DNA of 63,855 nucleotides, the filler included, from Reticulomyxa filosa (Eukaryota; Protista; Foraminifera), in assembly GCA_000512085.1 (NCBI GenBank). It is 15 parts of 15 records of this genome, joined end to end, with 100 filler letters (N's around TTAATTAATTAA, not from the genome) between each part and the next. Parts side by side here need not be neighbours in the genome. Positions count along the whole stretch, not along the records: positions 10,194 to 17,300 come from ASPP01022401.1; positions 17,401 to 24,477 come from ASPP01002686.1; 13 more parts are not named here. The stretch is one strand, 5' to 3'. This document shows, piece by piece, positions 10,094-22,290 of the stretch. How positions within the stretch are numbered: the stretch's first letter is position 1; each line of letters starts with the position of its first letter. The notes under the pieces were generated by a model. It was not told the DNA's origin, did no database searches, and worked only from the letters and a program-made list of their open reading frames with translations. The position numbers and the translations under genes are program-made.

Positions 10094-13000
10094 NNNNNNN
10101 NNNNNNNNNNNNNNNNNNNNNNNNNNNNNNNNNNNNNTTAATTAATTAANNNNNNNNNNNNNNNNNNNNNNNNNNNNNNNNNNNNNNNNNNNNTCTATCC
10201 AAAGCTAAAAGAAATGACTCCACAACGAAAGGATCCATGTTCACATTGCCTTGGATGATACATATTTACAATCACTGAAAATATGGTACAAATGACGTAT
10301 AAATCCACATCGAGTGTGAAATACAACTCTTTCATCCATTAAATGGAACCTCTACCAATTTCACGAGCTTTTTCTGTAACTTGAAGAATGCAAAATCGCA
10401 CACCACAAGGATATTTTCTGCAGAATAACGACCACTTCATTATCTCCATAATTCTCTGCTGCCGTCGTCCAATGGTAAAATCACATTTACATTCATTACA
10501 ACCACAGAAAAGTTTTCTCGTTCCTTTCTTTAATTGTATGGATCGATTTGTGGATTTACCACGAAGCTAATCCATTTTTGGAATGTAATTGCGACATTTA
10601 CCAGAGTTGGGCAATCATACTGTTGCAAATGTATTCAGTCGATGGATACTGACCCACATCGCCTCCTTTATTCTAGATAATGGTGGCTCGTAACACGATT
10701 ACATTTATGATTGTTAGTGTGATGATGGCTTTCTCCATGTGACAACACGATTTTGGATGGCAAGCAATTTGAGCAGTGCCATTGTTGGAGGTACCCAAGT
10801 ATCTGCGAACAGCACCCAATATCACCTATTATTGAAAATAACGTATTCAATGCTTGCATAACAGCCAAAGACGCAATATTCAATGGAATATTTGTTACAC
10901 GCTGCTTTGAACCATTTGCCCACAATTCTGACGCTTTCATCTGGGTGCCAATGTTTCAATTGAATACAATCTTTTGGGTTGCTGTCTTTTGTCTTGTGAT
11001 TGGAATATACAGCCGCAGGAGAAGAGCCAAACAATGACACATCAATTACTTTTCCTTACATGTCAATGATAACGGCGACTACCTCCATTGCACTGACAGA
11101 TAACCTAGTCCATATACGGTGTTGTCGTAGTGCACAGCCCATCATTGACTCGAATAACTTGGTTGTATGAGTGCTACATAAAAATAGAGCCATTGACTAC
11201 AATTGCCATTGTTCCAGTTATATTTGCACACAGATAAAGATGATGTTTAGCGCATCTCCATTGAAAGCGATATTGGACCTTGTGGAACTTGACTTTGTGT
11301 CTTTGTCCGGAGGATTATTTGTTTGAAATTAGATTGATTGCTTTTTAGATATGAGTAGAGATACGACTGTTGAGACCCCGGATTGCAAATATCGACTGGT
11401 GTTCTTTTGATTGAGTATGACTTTTTCTTTAATACTTGCTCGAGCTGCTTGTCAATTTTGACATTGCTTGCTTTATCAGCATAGATAAAGCCAAATCTTT
11501 GCGCGATTGGTCATCAATTTGTGAGTGAGTCCGGAAGTATAACTAACCAATATCCATATACTCTCGATGCATTTATACACAATAGTTGGAGTTGACAAAA
11601 AAGTGGAGTGGCAATTGAATTAAGTGCATGCAATGAAAGTGGTGCATTGTAGACTGCATTACGAGCAGTAAATTTCGTGCAATGCGCATTTCTTTCGACG
11701 TCTTTAATACATCGAATTGAATCAACACCATTATTTTACAAGAAGATGGATTATAACGTGACTCAAATCCACACGACATTCGCTTGACTGTTGGTATCCA
11801 CCCATTACATCCTTTCATATTTGCAATCAAGTAATTGGCTAAATATATTCGCATCCTTCATTCGAGTGTGGTCATACTAATAGCCTTTCCACATATAACA
11901 CTATGTTTTCACATTCTTTGTTATATCAAAGGTTGAATTCACTTCATTTGATGTAAATATCAACAAAGAATAACCCATGCTCGAACCGCCACAATTGGCA
12001 CTGCAAAACGTAATTTACCAATTCTTGTTGCATAAAAGACTGTCAAGCCTATCCATTGATAATAAATATCTTCTTCTTCACGCTTGAGAATTTGTCACCA
12101 TCTGTCGTCATGGGTCATCTTCAATAATTTTGCGATACTTGCAGTTATGAGCACTATAATTACTGTTGCATAACTCTATATGCGTTTCGATTTGTCTTTG
12201 ACACTTGTGGTATCAGTTTGATAATGCTCCATTTACTTTGAAACAGGTGGTTTTGTTGATATACAATTTTTTTCATTTGTGCGACAGGCCCATTATTGTT
12301 CTTCACTATCAATATAATTAATCTGTGTAATTGGAAAAACGCGCGGACTGGCAAACTCCAAAACGACTTTTCAACAGCTATAATTGCCACGACAAATTGG
12401 CAGCTCGCAACACGCACCGTCTTCACAACTATAGTGGAAAGACATTGTATGACGTGTTGTTGAGAACGAGAGAGTTACCGTTTGTCTTGCATTGGACTAG
12501 TTCGACGAGGATACGAAGGATACAAGCATAGTAGGGACTGTCGCTGCGGATTCAGGAACAACTTTCAATAATTTCATGTCGCAATAACTCTCGTACATTG
12601 GACTGATCGAATTAGCGCAATATCAGTAATAACTGCAAACCAAAAACTCGAAATAGACTGATAACCGAATATACTTGAGCACGATGGATAAAGCTGTCCA
12701 CAGTCGGCCTCACAACATAATGAAAGTGGCTGATGTCGGAGGATAGCACGAACATTGATTTGTTGTTGAATATATCCACGTAAAAAGTCCTGCAGGTGGT
12801 TGCATATGACGGCAACATGAGTGGCGTGCTGAAGCGCAGCTCGACTGGCGCACTGTACATAGACTATCAAAACACAGACCTCTTTGCCTCGCTGCATTCA
12901 AGGAAGATCCATCACACTCATTCTTCACAGCGAAATGATTTTGGATCAATTTGAGGGACTACTTAGTAATACCTCCAATATCCAAAACACCAGTTGTTTC

Positions 13001-13409
13001 GGCCGGTTTGACAAGTCTGTAAATCACAAAACAACGTATCTAATTGACAACTTTATATTTTGTTTTTTATTATTTTTTTAAATTATTTTGAATTACAAGA
13101 ACTGCAAACGAATATGCGGTAATCCACAAAGTCTTAGTGACATCCGAGCTGCACATTCCAATTTCTTAAATCGCATCCACCTATACCAATTTGATGATAT
13201 CACATCTCTAATGTTTCACAGGATCATCCAAGTATACTTTTTCATTTGTCGCCTATATGTGAAAAAAACCTTATTTTATTTTCACAAAAAAGAAATTGTG
13301 GAAAATCACATGGATGTCATGGACATTGAGAAGAACGTAGAATGTGAATTGATTATTTTATGATGACGAACTTGTTGTTGAGTATGCTGCCATCGCTTTC
13401 AGTTCCTAT

Positions 13410-14270
13410 TTTATTATTTTAAATAAGTCAATTTGAAAAAAAAAATTATTTATTTTACTTAACTTTTGTTTTTAGATCCACTGGATCTAACATTTTTGGA
13501 GTCATAGCTCCAACACTGAAAAAAGTTTGTTTTTTTTTTTTCATCTTTTTCTTTTTAATTTTTTTCTCTTTTTATTTCAACACCTTTTTTTTTTCTTTTA
13601 TAATCATTTTTTCTTATTTCTTTCTTTTTTTTTTCTTTCCTCCCTTTTTATTCTTATTTTTTCTTCCTATCTTTTTTATTCATACTTTTTTTTCACATTC
13701 TTTTTTTCAATATCTTATTTTTTATCCAATTCCACCTTTTTTCCCACTCTACACTTATCAAATTTTTTCTTCAAAAAAAACATTTGGATCTGGTGCATCT
13801 ATACAATCACACAAAAAGATGTTTTAAAAATTTGTAAGGTCAACAACAAAAAAATATAACTGTGAGGTGGATTTTAAGCTCCCATTTCAAATTGCTCTCC
13901 TGTATCAAACACTCAAACTTTTTTTTTTTGTTCATATATAGAGTGAGGAGACAGATAAAATATAAATATAATTTTTTCTTTGTGCGGGGGAATTCCTATA
14001 TATGACACACACAATCACATTATTTTGATAAAACAAATACATAAATATATAAACACAACATACCGCTATTTTTTTTATCGGAAACCGGATGGTCTTCGAC
14101 CCCATTTTTTTTTGTATGTTGAGGGAAGGGACAAATAGGTAACAGTTTTTTGGTGGACGGTGATTCCTATATACAAGCATACATAATATTTATATTTTTA
14201 TTTAAAAAAAAAAAGATATCAAACCTTTTTTGCTCCTTTTGGAGACAGGGTTGGATTCTACCCCGTTTTT
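13410..14270 (-). repeat. Dispersed ~0.9-kb repeat, copy A (twin-hairpin element)
   Basis: Aligns by eye, in reverse complement, with 21310-22290. Example: 'aaaccttttttgctccttttggagacagggttggattctaccccg' versus 'aaacctttttttctcctttcggagacggggtggtttctaccccg'. The long pyrimidine/purine-skewed tract and the 'ttaacttttgtt...tcca..gga...aacatt' block are also shared. Confidence 0.75.
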
Positions 14271-14439
14271 GCTCGTCGTTGTTGTGTCGTTTTCGCGTCA
14301 TTGTCCTATGTTATTTTTTATGCATTCAAAAAAAAAAAATCATATGTTGTTTTTTCGCATTTATTTCAAAAACAAAAAGTTTGTACATATATACGTATGT
14401 TAAAAAATGTTTGCTGTACCAATTGGCATTGTCGTCTTG

Positions 14440-14889
14440 CTAGCGATCGACTTGCCTTTTTTTTTTTGTTGCGAAATGCGCCGTTGTTGTCATGAGACTG
14501 CCTTTTTGCCCTGAAATGTACTGTGCTTTTTTTGCGACGACATAGTTTGTCATACTCAATAATTGAGCAACGCACCTATACATTGACGCAATTTGAGATA
14601 ATGGCCTGAGATATTGAACATCAACAGCCAACAGCATATACACAATCACTGTAAGTGCCCTTCCATTTTCCAATGCATATAGGGCCCACATAATGCCTTT
14701 TGGATGATACTCTTTTTGTTGCACTGGCTTGTGTAATGTCAGCATAACATTTACGCACAGCTTGTCTTGATCAAACACATCAGTGCAATTGACAATATAA
14801 GTCTTGATTTCCACACCAACGTTGCCAATCATCCCATCGTTTGTGCTTGCATTGTCTTGCCACGTATGTCGTAGCGTTGACTTGAGCAA
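14440..14889 (-). CDS. Hypothetical protein exon or remnant
   Basis: 149-codon ORF with coding-like composition and no recognised motif. Confidence 0.25.
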   Translation of the reverse strand: MLKSTLRHTWQDNASTNDGMIGNVGVEIKTYIVNCTDVFDQDKLCVNVMLTLHKPVQQKEYHPKGIMWALYALENGRALTVIVYMLLAVDVQYLRPLSQIASMYRCVAQLLSMTNYVVAKKAQYISGQKGSLMTTTAHFATKKKRQVDR

Positions 14890-16285
14890 AGCATTCGCTC
14901 TGGGAGTCTCGGCGTGTTCTATTGTTTTTTTTTAAATTACAAAATTGAAACATAGTGCCATTTTGTGTTGTTAAAATTTTTTTTACATGACTCCATCTTT
15001 TTTTTTTTTAAATTGAAAGAAGGACTTGATGAACTTACTGGAGCAATGTCACAACCGAGTGACTCATTTTTTTTTTCAAAGCTCGTGACTAGGCGCGCAT
15101 CTGCTGCCCTTATATTCCAAATTTGTGTGATTGTAGTGTGCTGATAATCGGTGCAATGTTTGATTTGACTGTTAGTGTGATTATCGATGTAATAATATAT
15201 TTGACAGTTGTTTGTATGGCATTGGCACCAGTTGGACTTGGCCGTTGTGAAAGGATTTGTTGGATGTTGACGACCGATTTTTAAGTTAATGTGGGCATCA
15301 TTTGGGGAGGAACATTGATAAAGCGTGATCATCCTGCAACGTCAGCACAGACTCCTACTTGACCAAAAAAAGAAGAAAAGGATTTTTACAATTACGCAAC
15401 TGCACAACTTTCGCTAAAAAAAAGAAATTTGTAATTTTCAATTTTAATTAACATATTTCATCAAAATAAAATACTTTTGATTCAAATATTTGATCAAGAC
15501 AACTTTGCGATACTTTTCACGTCAACAGGAAAAAAAAAAGTTCTCGACTAAAAAAAGTTTTTTTGAAAATCTAAATCTAGCAACATTTGAACAAGACCTT
15601 TCAAAGGAAAACTAGTACAGCGTTATTGTTGTTTGACATCTATGAATTTTTAAGTTTTTTTAAGCTTTTCTTACGACGTTGTTACAACGAAAATACAGTG
15701 CAAGACTTTCTAAAGTTAAGTTGAATATACCCAACTTTTTTATTTTGAAATAAATAGCACAAAAAAAAACAAAGAAAAAGAACAGACCTCAAAATGAAAC
15801 AAAAAAATAAAGTCGAGACACAATACTGTGCAGAAGTAGCACTAAGTCCACATACAAATATTATCAATGAAAAGGGGAGACATGATATCCCTTTTGTAAT
15901 CATTTTTCGCAATCAAATGATTGAATTAAATAGTTTAAGAGTCATTCCAGTGGTTGTTGTATTTGTAAATCTTATCAGGTGACACATGTAACGATAAAAC
16001 TGTCGCCCGACGATGATTTGCTGGACAAGAGAATCATAAATATCGCAAAAGGAATTGTCAATACTCTGGTGCACTATCGATTATTCTTAGTTGGTGCGGG
16101 CATGCCTACAAAATTGGTAATTAAAAAATATGAGGATGGATACATCTCTTTTTTTTTTTTGGTATGTATGTTGGCTCTCATAGTCTTGGCCCCTTTTTGA
16201 TGTGGGCACTATCGAACTTTTTGTATATTATATATTAAATGTATAAATAGTCTTAATGATTAAGTGTTCTTGACATTAAGAATTC

Positions 16286-17300
16286 TGTATTTTTGAATTT
16301 TTTTGTTATAAATGAATTAAGAATTTTTCTTACAAAACATTCAGCATACTAACTCAAAACACTTAGGTTTTTTCTTCTCTGTTATAAGTTGAATATTATT
16401 TCAAGGTGTCCTGATGTAACAATAACATCTGAAGAGAATTATCTATCGATTGGTGTAATTACAATTACAACAAATTTACTTATTAATGTTTCAAACTTTG
16501 AAAAAAAATCAAAAACTGGAGAAATTGACAAAACTGTAGAAATTGAATAATAAAAAAAAAAGATGTATTTTCAACTCTAATCCAAGTTTTTTTTTGTAGA
16601 AAGTTTTTAGAAAAGTTCAGTAATAACATTTAGACATTAAGATGAACTGATTCAGCTCGGAAAATTATAGTCGATTTGAACAATAGAGTTTTTATTTTCT
16701 AACTCACAGTTGGAATTGTTTCTTAATTTGATTACACTCACGTGGTTACAAGTCACAAGTCATTCAAATTTCCCTCACACATTGAGCAGCAAGCATGCAA
16801 CCAAAGAGAAATATCTCACACAAATTCCAACATAATATCGGCAATGAATCCATCAGACAAAATGTATACAATGCCAAAGGGGCAGAAAGAAAAGAAAGTG
16901 TTCATTGGCCAAACAACTATTGCTTCATTTGAAAGAGCCGACAGTGGTGACGGTCCTTTTTTCAAAACTCCCTGAGGAAGAGTGAGATTCGAATAGGAAT
17001 TTGTGCGCGACCAGGCGCCACTCAATTCTCCACTTTTGCCCCAGTTTTTCGCAACATTTACCAGTTTTCGATTATTTTTTTTTGGAGTGAGTTTTTTTTT
17101 TCGTTTTTGAAAAGGGTGCTCTTTTATTTATATGTATAAAGGGAATTTTGTATTTTGAATTTTTTTAATAATAAATATAAGCAATTTTTACTTAGTAACC
17201 AAAGATATTTCCGTATGGATTGGAAAAAAGTCAAAACACTTAGCGTTTTATTTCTTTCTCTGTTATAAATTGAATAGTTTTTCAAGGTGAATGATGTTGA
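16286..17300 (+). repeat. Degenerate direct-repeat pair (16286-16408 and 17149-17288)
   Basis: Both copies read tgtattttt?gaattttttt...tcaaaacacttag...ttctctgttataa.ttgaata.t.tttcaaggtg. Confidence 0.7.
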
Positions 17301-17402
17301 NNNNNNNNNNNNNNNNNNNNNNNNNNNNNNNNNNNNNNNNNNNNTTAATTAATTAANNNNNNNNNNNNNNNNNNNNNNNNNNNNNNNNNNNNNNNNNNNN
17401 CA

Positions 17403-18815
17403 ATTGATTATGTAAAAGATAAATTGATTGATAAAAATGGTGCAGTCAAAATCATTGATGAAGATAGTTATGAAACATTATTGCAAGAAGGTGCAACATT
17501 CTTGTTGGGAATGAATCAAAAACAATTAAAAGAAACATTAATCAAAAATAATTTATTGTATTGGGCTGCTGGTCGAAATGTCACGTCCATAAATATAGAA
17601 AATTCAATTAAAAAAAAATTTGATAAAGGATGGGATCCATTCTCACTTTTAACATTTCGAATATTTTTATTATTTGAAACATGTATCCGATTGAAACGAG
17701 AAAGAAGAAATTTTATTGGGTTACCACGGGGTACAACGTTTGTACAAATGTACGAAAAAGGAGTGAAAGAATTACAAGTTCAATTGACAACTTATTGGGA
17801 TTATATCACAGTTGAAGAATTCAAGCACAAATGCCCAGATTTGATGGATGATTGGAGTTGCAATGCGGTGAATCAATTAATGAATTTGAAATCAGTATCA
17901 CCAAATTCATATTGTGAAATGAGTTTGGTGGTTGGTCATGAAGGTCATTGTATTTATTTGAGTTTGTGTAAAACATTAGATTATGTTTTGGTTAGAGTAG
18001 ATAATCGATGGATGGACACAGTTCCATTGAATACACCTCATTCAAAGAATGGTGAATTGATTCAACCTTATTTGGTTGCTTATTTTAAATCAAATGATTT
18101 AGATATTGATAAAAACAAAGAATGGCTGAAGGAATATATTAAAAATGCAACAATATTGAAAGATAGTAATAGCAATGAGAGTATGATGCACTTGTATTGT
18201 AGTGATATTAATAATCCCCCTCGTGAAGGAAAGGTATTATCAATTGTGGAATATTGGCCATATCGTCCAATTCAAACAGATGCACAAAATTGTTGTTTGA
18301 GAAGTCATAATGTTGGATATCGAGTTCGTTTAGGTAGTGTAATTTATGAATGGTTTAGAGATCAAGAATGCAAGAGTTTTGTGTTTAAAAAAAGAAATTA
18401 CAACGCAATCTTCAAAGAAAACACAATGAAAAGCGAAAAATCAAATGAATATGTACCATCACCAAGTGAAACTCTCAGTCACACAGAGTTGATGAAAGTC
18501 CTTTCAAAGCAATGGAAAGTTAGATTTGATGAAATGTATAATGGAATGGCACTAAAACAAGCTCTTGTTGCAAAAGCAAACATTCGCACAATTCAAAATG
18601 AAGCATTTTACCATCATAATGAATCAACCAATCAAACCTATTTCCAATTGTATCTTAATTCAACTGAACGAATTCAATTTCGTCAATTTTATCAATCTAA
18701 CTTTCCCAAATTTATTCAAAGTGTTAAAGAGATTGATCATGAATGGGTCCAATTTTATTTTGATTTTCATGCGTTTCAGTGTGAAGTGATTCCTTCATTG
18801 TCTTCTCTTTTTTAA
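17403..18815 (+). CDS. C-terminal part of a large intronless protein with a putative cysteine-protease domain (H-D/N-Q-C order)
   Basis: The frame is open from the contig start to the stop at 18815. Motifs: VVGHEGHCIYL, VRVDNRW, PIQTDAQNC. Confidence 0.7.
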   Translation: MDYVKDKLIDKNGAVKIIDEDSYETLLQEGATFLLGMNQKQLKETLIKNNLLYWAAGRNVTSINIENSIKKKFDKGWDPFSLLTFRIFLLFETCIRLKRERRNFIGLPRGTTFVQMYEKGVKELQVQLTTYWDYITVEEFKHKCPDLMDDWSCNAVNQLMNLKSVSPNSYCEMSLVVGHEGHCIYLSLCKTLDYVLVRVDNRWMDTVPLNTPHSKNGELIQPYLVAYFKSNDLDIDKNKEWLKEYIKNATILKDSNSNESMMHLYCSDINNPPREGKVLSIVEYWPYRPIQTDAQNCCLRSHNVGYRVRLGSVIYEWFRDQECKSFVFKKRNYNAIFKENTMKSEKSNEYVPSPSETLSHTELMKVLSKQWKVRFDEMYNGMALKQALVAKANIRTIQNEAFYHHNESTNQTYFQLYLNSTERIQFRQFYQSNFPKFIQSVKEIDHEWVQFYFDFHAFQCEVIPSLSSLF

Positions 18816-18937
18816 ATTTTACATTTTTTTGATGAAACAATAAATGAAAAAGCATTTTTTATTTTGAAAAGCATTTCATTTATGCTACAGATCTGAAAGG
18901 TGTCAAAAAATTTTCATATTTGACAAGAGAAAAATTA

Positions 18938-19120
18938 GGGCCAATTGACAGCTAAAAAGTCTCCCTAAAATGAACCTCTATGAACATTTATGTGTTTACT
19001 AATATTTATTCAAAATTCTTTCTTAAATAATATCTATGTATCGTGGAGAATCCAAAAATGTATTTAATTTTTAATAAGAGTAAACATAAGGGTTCATTTT
19101 TTTTAGCTGTCAATTGCACA
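18938..19120. mobile_element. MITE-like element with terminal inverted repeats
   Basis: CAATTGACAGCTAAAAA (18942-18958) pairs with TTTTTAGCTGTCAATTG (19100-19116). An inner aaaatgaacc...tatg / cata...ggttcatttt pair extends the symmetry. TA flanks both sides; non-coding. Confidence 0.65.
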
Positions 19121-20020
19121 TATCAATTAAAATGGAAAATGAAAACCACAATAAAATAGTCTATGTGAAAAATTTCTTACAAAACTTTTCAAAAATCAGC
19201 GGATTATAATTTTTGTACAAAGTTTTTGCTCTTTTTTCTTTTTTTTTCATATGATTAATCATCTTACAAAATACATGCTTTGGACGCAAGTTATCATAAA
19301 GTAGATGCCTACGTAATTGGTTTGTTATGGAAAAATAAAATAAATTTGAAATAAGAAAGTAAACAATTTGATTTAAGGGTTTAAGAATGGTTAAGTGAAA
19401 CCCGAAGCAATATTTGCTCGATTTTTAGAAAGGTAGACCACCTAAACAATACAAATTAGAAAACAACTCATCTTCTATAAAAAAATAAAATAAATCATTT
19501 TAATTTTGTCTGAATTTTGTTTATTGATACCTTCCAAATAAGTCAAATTCAATCGTTTTTTCTTCATTATGCATTAATAATTTACTTTGGATTACTTTAC
19601 GTCGAAAAAAATACACTTTTTTTAAAGATGGTTCATTACGCAAAGACAAAGATAATTGTATTAGATTAAAAGATTATAAAACCATCAATTGATGATTACT
19701 CAAAGATTAATATTACTTTTATCGAAAAATATCCTTATAAAATTGAAGTAAGAGTTATACAAAAAACATTGTTAATAAGCAGCCTATTGTTGCATAAGTC
19801 AAAAAAATTGATGCTATTTTATACGTCATTTGGCGCAAGAAGATTGGGCTCCCAATAAACTAAGTATTTCCACAATGTTTGCCACAAAATTATTTTTTTT
19901 TATCTTAAAGTGGATTTATTGCTCATTTAACGTCGTTCCGTTTCATTGTGTCCAGTAGGAGTGTAGGGGGCAAACAGAGGAGAAAATATGAATGGAAAAT
20001 TCTTGGTTACTCGCAGCAGC

Positions 20021-21230
20021 ATGAAATTGTCGTTGATATTTGTGGCAATACATATATTAAATGCGCTCATGGTAGTGTCAAGCGCAAACAATGAATCTAC
20101 GCAATTCGGTGGTGAACTTGACGAACGGACAAATACACTCGGATCATCACGGCAACATAAACATATTGAAAACGTCATTGAATACGTTAATCAACTATGT
20201 GTGGAATTGATAACATTGAGACTTGCGCAATATCCACAAGCAACAGCTTGACAGATGTATCATTGGTGCAAATGTTCAATAAGGAGTCAATGCAATCCGA
20301 TAGCGATAGTATACGTATTCCACAAAACACATTGCCGATCAACCCAAAGAAATCTAAGAGTCCATATAACAAAGAGCCGGCCGTGAGTACGTTCCTAGCA
20401 ACTTCGACTATATATGCAACTTTTTACAACTTGACATTCAAAACACTATCATACAGGTAAATAGCAGGAATATATCAAATGAAAAAAAAATGTTCATTAA
20501 AAAAAAATATGTTCATGAAAAAAAAAGGGTAGATTTACTTATAGCAAGATAGAGATCAAGTGTGATAAGTGATTGCATATATGATTTGTTGGATTTAAAA
20601 AAAACTTTAAAAAAAAAACAAAAAAATAGTACGTTTGCGAATTGGGAAGTAGCAACTCTGGCACAAGTTGTGACGGAAAATCCGTCGACAGTCCAATGTT
20701 CATTCTATGCCCTTAAGGTGATAGAAGCGCTGCTGGCGCAAATTAGGGACATGGACATAACGCAACCGACTAGCAATTTTATTGCAAGTCGGCCGTGATG
20801 TCTATTCTCTATTTGTGCAAAGATGCGCTGCTTTCTCCGATACTGGCATCCAATGGCACTTATGCCGTCAACATTGCACGGCGATGAACACCAACAGACT
20901 CGCTTGCCTTCACAATTTGCTCCAGCTCCAGCAAGAACACTCGCAAATGCAAGCTGCAGATCATTCACGAGCAATAATACTTGAATGGCCAATCACAAAT
21001 ACCAAACAATTCCATTGGCATCAAATCTAAACGTCGGGTCATATAATGTTGGTAAATTATCTTTTTTTTATTGCTTCTTCGATATATACATTATCTTTTG
21101 TTGTGATTTGATTATAGTATACGTGTGGAGCTTGGAAGTGAACAAAGTGCACAAATTATTGAATGAATTGGATGTTTCCACCACTTATTGTTGTGATTGT
21201 TGCAAAACTTGACACCAGAGAAGGTAAAAT
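20021..21230 (+). pseudogene. Frameshifted gene for a secreted or membrane protein, family not identified
   Basis: Signal-peptide-like MKLSLIFVAIHILNALMVVSSA, followed by overlapping short ORFs in shifting frames and intron-like A/T tracts. Confidence 0.35.
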
Positions 21231-21309
21231 ACTTTCTTTTTGTTTATTTCAGCCTATAAGTATATATTTGTGACTGTCTCAATAGAACACCTCAATGTGA
21301 TTAGAAAAA

Positions 21310-22290
21310 AAGAAAATACGGGGTAGAAACCACCCCGTCTCCGAAAGGAGAAAAAAAGGTTTGTTTTATTTATATCTTTTTTTTATATATATGTCCAAAT
21401 GTTTTGTGTTTTGTTTATAGGTTCCCTCGTTGCAAAGATTGTTCCATGATTGTATTCCCTCTCCACACAAAAAAAAATAAAAAATAGAAAATAAAATCGG
21501 GGTCGAAATCCACCCCCGTCTCCGAAAGGAGTAAAAAAAGTATGTGTATGTTTCTTTTATGTTTTTGTATATTCTTTTATTATATAATATGGTTGTTTGT
21601 GTTTGTGAAGAAATAGGAAATCCCCAAAGAAAAAAACGTATATGTTTGTATTTCTTTTTATTTGTTTCCCCAATCCCCAAAAAAATAAAACGTTTGAAGT
21701 GTTACACAGGAAAAAGAAAATTAAATTAGATTTGTTTGTCTCCCATTCCAACAGTTATAAATATATTTTTTTTGTTCTTAAAAATATTTTAAAATAAACT
21801 TTGTTTTGTGTGTAGACACAGGTATATCAAGAAAAAAATTTTTTAAAATAGACTTTGGAAAAAGAAGAAAAAAGGAATAACTTTGTGTTGGGGGGTGTAG
21901 ATGATGTGATGATTTTTAAAAAAATGTAGTAATAAAAAAAAAATAGAATAATAAATAAAAAAAGGTTGAATGAATAGGGGGGGAAGAAAAAAAAGAGTAT
22001 AATAAAAAAGAAAAAAAAAATAGAAAGAAGAAATATAAAATAATAGAAAAAAGAAAGAAAATTGAAAATAGAAAAAATAAAGAAAAAATGTAGGTGAAAA
22101 AAAATTTAATAATGATTATTTTTTATAAGGAAAATAATAATAATAAAGAAAATAAAAATGAAATGAAAAAAAAGAATAAGAAAATGTATATTATAAATTT
22201 TTTTATTATTTTTAATGTTGGATATCCCATGGAGGATTAACAAAAAGTTAATTATGTATTCTTTTTTTATTTGTGCTTGTTAAAAAAAAC
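21310..22290 (+). repeat. Dispersed ~1-kb repeat, copy B (twin-hairpin element)
   Basis: Motif ACGGGGT-agaaacc-ACCCCGT CTCC-GAAA-GGAG at 21318-21350, with a second copy at 21498-21531 (about 180-bp period), then a purine-rich tract at about 21900-22190. Homologous to 13410-14270. Confidence 0.75.

Noticed and set aside
7569-10193. Bacterial operon as a horizontal insertion into the eukaryote chromosome
   Set aside because: Spacers bound it on both sides, so there is no physical junction with host DNA.
13527-13859. Phe-rich 110-aa ORF as a membrane protein
   Set aside because: It is the translation of the pyrimidine tract of the dispersed repeat.
21318-21531. Twin-hairpin motif as a tRNA gene, tRNA-derived SINE or hammerhead ribozyme
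   Set aside because: GGGGTCGAAATCC only loosely resembles a B-box. There is no A-box or cloverleaf, and no CUGANGA hammerhead core.
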